A DNA stretch of 64,000 nt from Macrostomum hystrix (lineage: Eukaryota > Animalia > Platyhelminthes), in assembly GCA_950097015.1 (NCBI GenBank), contig CATNEN010000001.1, forward strand, positions 22,692,001-22,756,000, given 5' to 3'. The notes under the pieces are model-generated. The model saw only the letters and a program-made list of their open reading frames with translations, had not been told where the DNA came from and searched no databases. This document shows positions 61,305-64,000 of the stretch, in pieces. Within the stretch, counting starts at the first letter, position 1, and each line of letters begins with the position of its first letter. The translations under genes were made by a program, and so were the position numbers.

Positions 61305-64000
61305 CTAGTCAGAGAACTCGTCCGAGTGGTCCAGACTAGCGCTGGCCGCTCTCGAGTCAAGATTTAAAAATGTCCGCATAGCAACTGCCCCTTCGTGCGC
61401 TTTGCGGTTCTGGCTGTCCAATCGAATGGCGATCTCATAGTGCACTAGCGCCTCCTGCTGCTGGCTGCAGCGCGAGTGACAGTCGCCAAGGAGACGGTGC
61501 AGCTCGGCCGTGGCCTCGCCTGTTGGATCCTGGAGGAGTTGGGGTTGTGGGGAAACCGGGTTTAGTGGGAAACTGGGGTGTGAGATAGTAGAGTCACCTG
61601 TTAGACAGGAGTGTCACCTGTTAGACAGGAGTGTCACCTGTTAGACAAGAGTAGCAGATGTTAGACAGGAGTGTCACCTGTTAGACAGGAGTGTCGCCTG
61701 TTAGACAGGAGTGTCGCCTGTTAGACAGGAGTATCGCCTGTTAGACAGGAGTGTCGCCTGTTAGACAGGAGTGTCACCTGTTAGACAGGAGTGTCACCTG
61801 TTAGACAGGAGTGTCACCTGTTAGACAGGAGTGTCACCTGTTAGACAGGAGTGTCACCTGTTAGACAGGAGTGTCACCTGTTAGACAGGACTGTCGCCTG
61901 TTAGACAGGAGTGTCGCCTGTTAGACAGGAGTGTCACCTGTTAGACAGGAGTGTCACCTGTTAGACAAGAGTAGCAGATGTTAGACAGGAGTGTCGCCTG
62001 TTAGACAGGAGTGTCGCCTGTTAGACAGGAGTATCGCCTGTTAGACAGGAGTGTCGCCTGTTAGACAGGAGTGTCACCTGTTAGACAGACGTGTCAACTA
62101 TTAGACAGGAGTGTCGCCTGTTAGACAGACGTGTCAACTGTTAGACAGGAGTGTCACCTGTTAGACAGGAGAGTCACCTGTTAGACGGGAGTGTCGCCTG
62201 TTAGACAGGAGTGTCGCCTGTTAGACAGGAGTATCGCCTGTTAGAAAGGAGTGTCGCCTGTTAGACAGGAGTGTCACCTGTTAGACAGAAGTGTCGCCTG
62301 TTAGACAGGAGTGTCACCTGTTAGACAGGAGTGTCAGATGTTAGACAGGAGTGTCACCTGTTAGACAGGAGTGTCACCTGTTAGACAGGAGTGTCGCCTG
62401 TTAGACAGGAGTATCGCCTGTTAGACAGGAGTGTCACCTGTTAGACAGGAGTGTCAGATGTTAGACAGGAGTGTCACCTGTTAGACAGGAGTGTCAGATG
62501 TTAGACAGGAGTGTCACCTGTTAGACAGGAGTGTCACCTGTTAGACAGGAGTGTCAACTGTTAGACAAGAGTGTCACCTGTTAGACAGGAGTGTCACATG
62601 TTAGACAGGAGTGTCACCTGTTAGACAGGAGTGTGACCTGTTAGACAGGAGTGTCACCTGTTAGACAGGAGTGTCACATGTTAGACAGGAGTGTCACCTG
62701 TTAGACAGAAGTGTCAGATGTTAGACAGGAGTGTCACCTGTTAGACAGGAGTGTCAGATGTTAGACAAGAGTGTCACCTGTTAGACAGGAGTGTCAACTG
62801 TTAGACAAGAGTGTCACCTGTTAGACATGAGTTTTACCTGTTAGACAGGAGAGTTACCTGTTAGACAGGAGTGTGACCTGTTAGAGAAGAGTGTCACCTG
62901 TTAGACAGGAGTGTCAACTGTTAGACAGGAGTGTCACCTGTTAGACAGAAGTGTCACCTGTTAGACAGGAGTGTCACCTGTTAGACAGACGTGTCAACTA
63001 TTAGACAGGAGTGTCGCCTGTTAGACAGACGTGTCAACTGTTAGACAGGAGTGTCACCTGTTAGACAGGAGTGTCATATGTTAGACGGGAGTGTCAACTG
63101 TTAGACAGGAGTGTTACCTGTTAGACAGGAGTGTGACCTGTTAGACAGGAGTGTCACCTGTTAGACAGGAGTGTCACATGTTAGACAGGAGTGTCACCTG
63201 TTAGACAGAAGTGTCAGATGTTAGACAGGAGTGTCACCTGTTAGACAGGAGTGTCAGATGTTAGACAAGAGTGTCACCTGTTAGACAGGAGTGTCAACTG
63301 TTAGACAAGAGTGTCACCTGTTAGACATGAGTTTTACCTGTTAGACAGGAGAGTTACCTGTTAGACAGGAGTGTGACCTGTTAGAGAAGAGTGTCACCTG
63401 TTAGACAGGAGTGTCAACTGTTAGACAGGAGTGTCACCTGTTAGACAGGAGTGTCAACTGTTAGACAGGAGTGTCACCTGTTAGACAGAAGTGTCACCTG
63501 TTAGACAGGAGTGTCACCTGTTAGACAGACGTGTCAACTATTAGACAGGAGTGTCGCCTGTTAGACAGACGTGTCAACTGTTAGACAGGAGTGTCACCTG
63601 TTAGACAGGAGTGTCATATGTTAGACGGGAGTGTCAACTGTTAGACAGGAGTGTTACCTGTTAGACAGGAGTGTGACCTGTTAGAGAAGAGTGTCACCTG
63701 TTAGAAAGGAGTGTCACCTGTTAGACAGGAGTGTCGCCTGTTAGACAGGAGTTCAAAATTAAAACGCAGGATCTAACAGCAATCGTATTTCAGGCAAACC
63801 TGTTCAATTTTCTGCACCAGCAGAGCCTTGGCCTCGGTGAATCTCTTCTTCTCCATGTACAGCTCCGCCAGCACTGACACGCATTCGGGCAGACAGCCGC
63901 GGCCGCCGAACATAGCGAAGGCATCGGCCAGGATCTCGATGGCCTTGTCTTTGTTCTCATATGAGGTGGCTAGACCATAGAGTCCCAATGTTCGCGGATT
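61305..64000 (-). CDS. ANAPC7: 3' end of a TPR protein, probably anaphase-promoting complex subunit 7. Exons: >64000-63800 and 61529-61305
   Basis: Spliced KAIEILADA...LAELYMEKKRFTEAKALL...ELHRLLGD...QEALVHYEIAIRLDSQNRKAHEG followed by an acidic tail. This parallels the APC7 C-terminal TPRs as recalled (LHRILGD...EAMDQYSIALSLDP...EG). Phase-0 GT-AG intron. Confidence 0.65.
61590..63750. repeat. Intronic 20 bp satellite (CACCTGTTAGACAGGAGTGT)
   Basis: About 108 in-phase copies filling the last intron of the TPR gene. Confidence 0.97.

Overview
Eukaryotic (metazoan) genomic DNA with GC-rich exons, GT-AG introns, AT-rich intergenic DNA and introns packed with minisatellites. The style suggests a flatworm such as Macrostomum, which is an inference. 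Genes in order: class III myosin (kinase plus motor, minus strand, continuing past the left edge); an ankyrin-repeat gene with an unknown N-terminal domain whose C-terminus runs into a LINE RT fragment; a frameshifted ORF of unknown function; a Capicua-L-like gene with Tudor-like and N1 modules but no HMG box; an intronless GT7 beta-1,4-galactosyltransferase-family gene; a ~19 kb cluster of unusual caspase genes; and the 3' end of a TPR gene resembling ANAPC7. The main finding is the caspase cluster. In-frame phase-1 splice sites join an inactive pseudo-caspase exon to an active (SHG/QxCR) caspase exon in two paralogous genes. Every unit also begins with a further degenerate caspase-like fold instead of a CARD/DED. 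The predicted products are single chains of up to four caspase folds, only the last catalytic, resembling a genetically fused cFLIP/caspase-8 pair. SINEs, LINE fragments, MITEs and a deleted Tc1-like element are also present. All gene models were hand-derived from splice signals and frame checks, not from transcript data.
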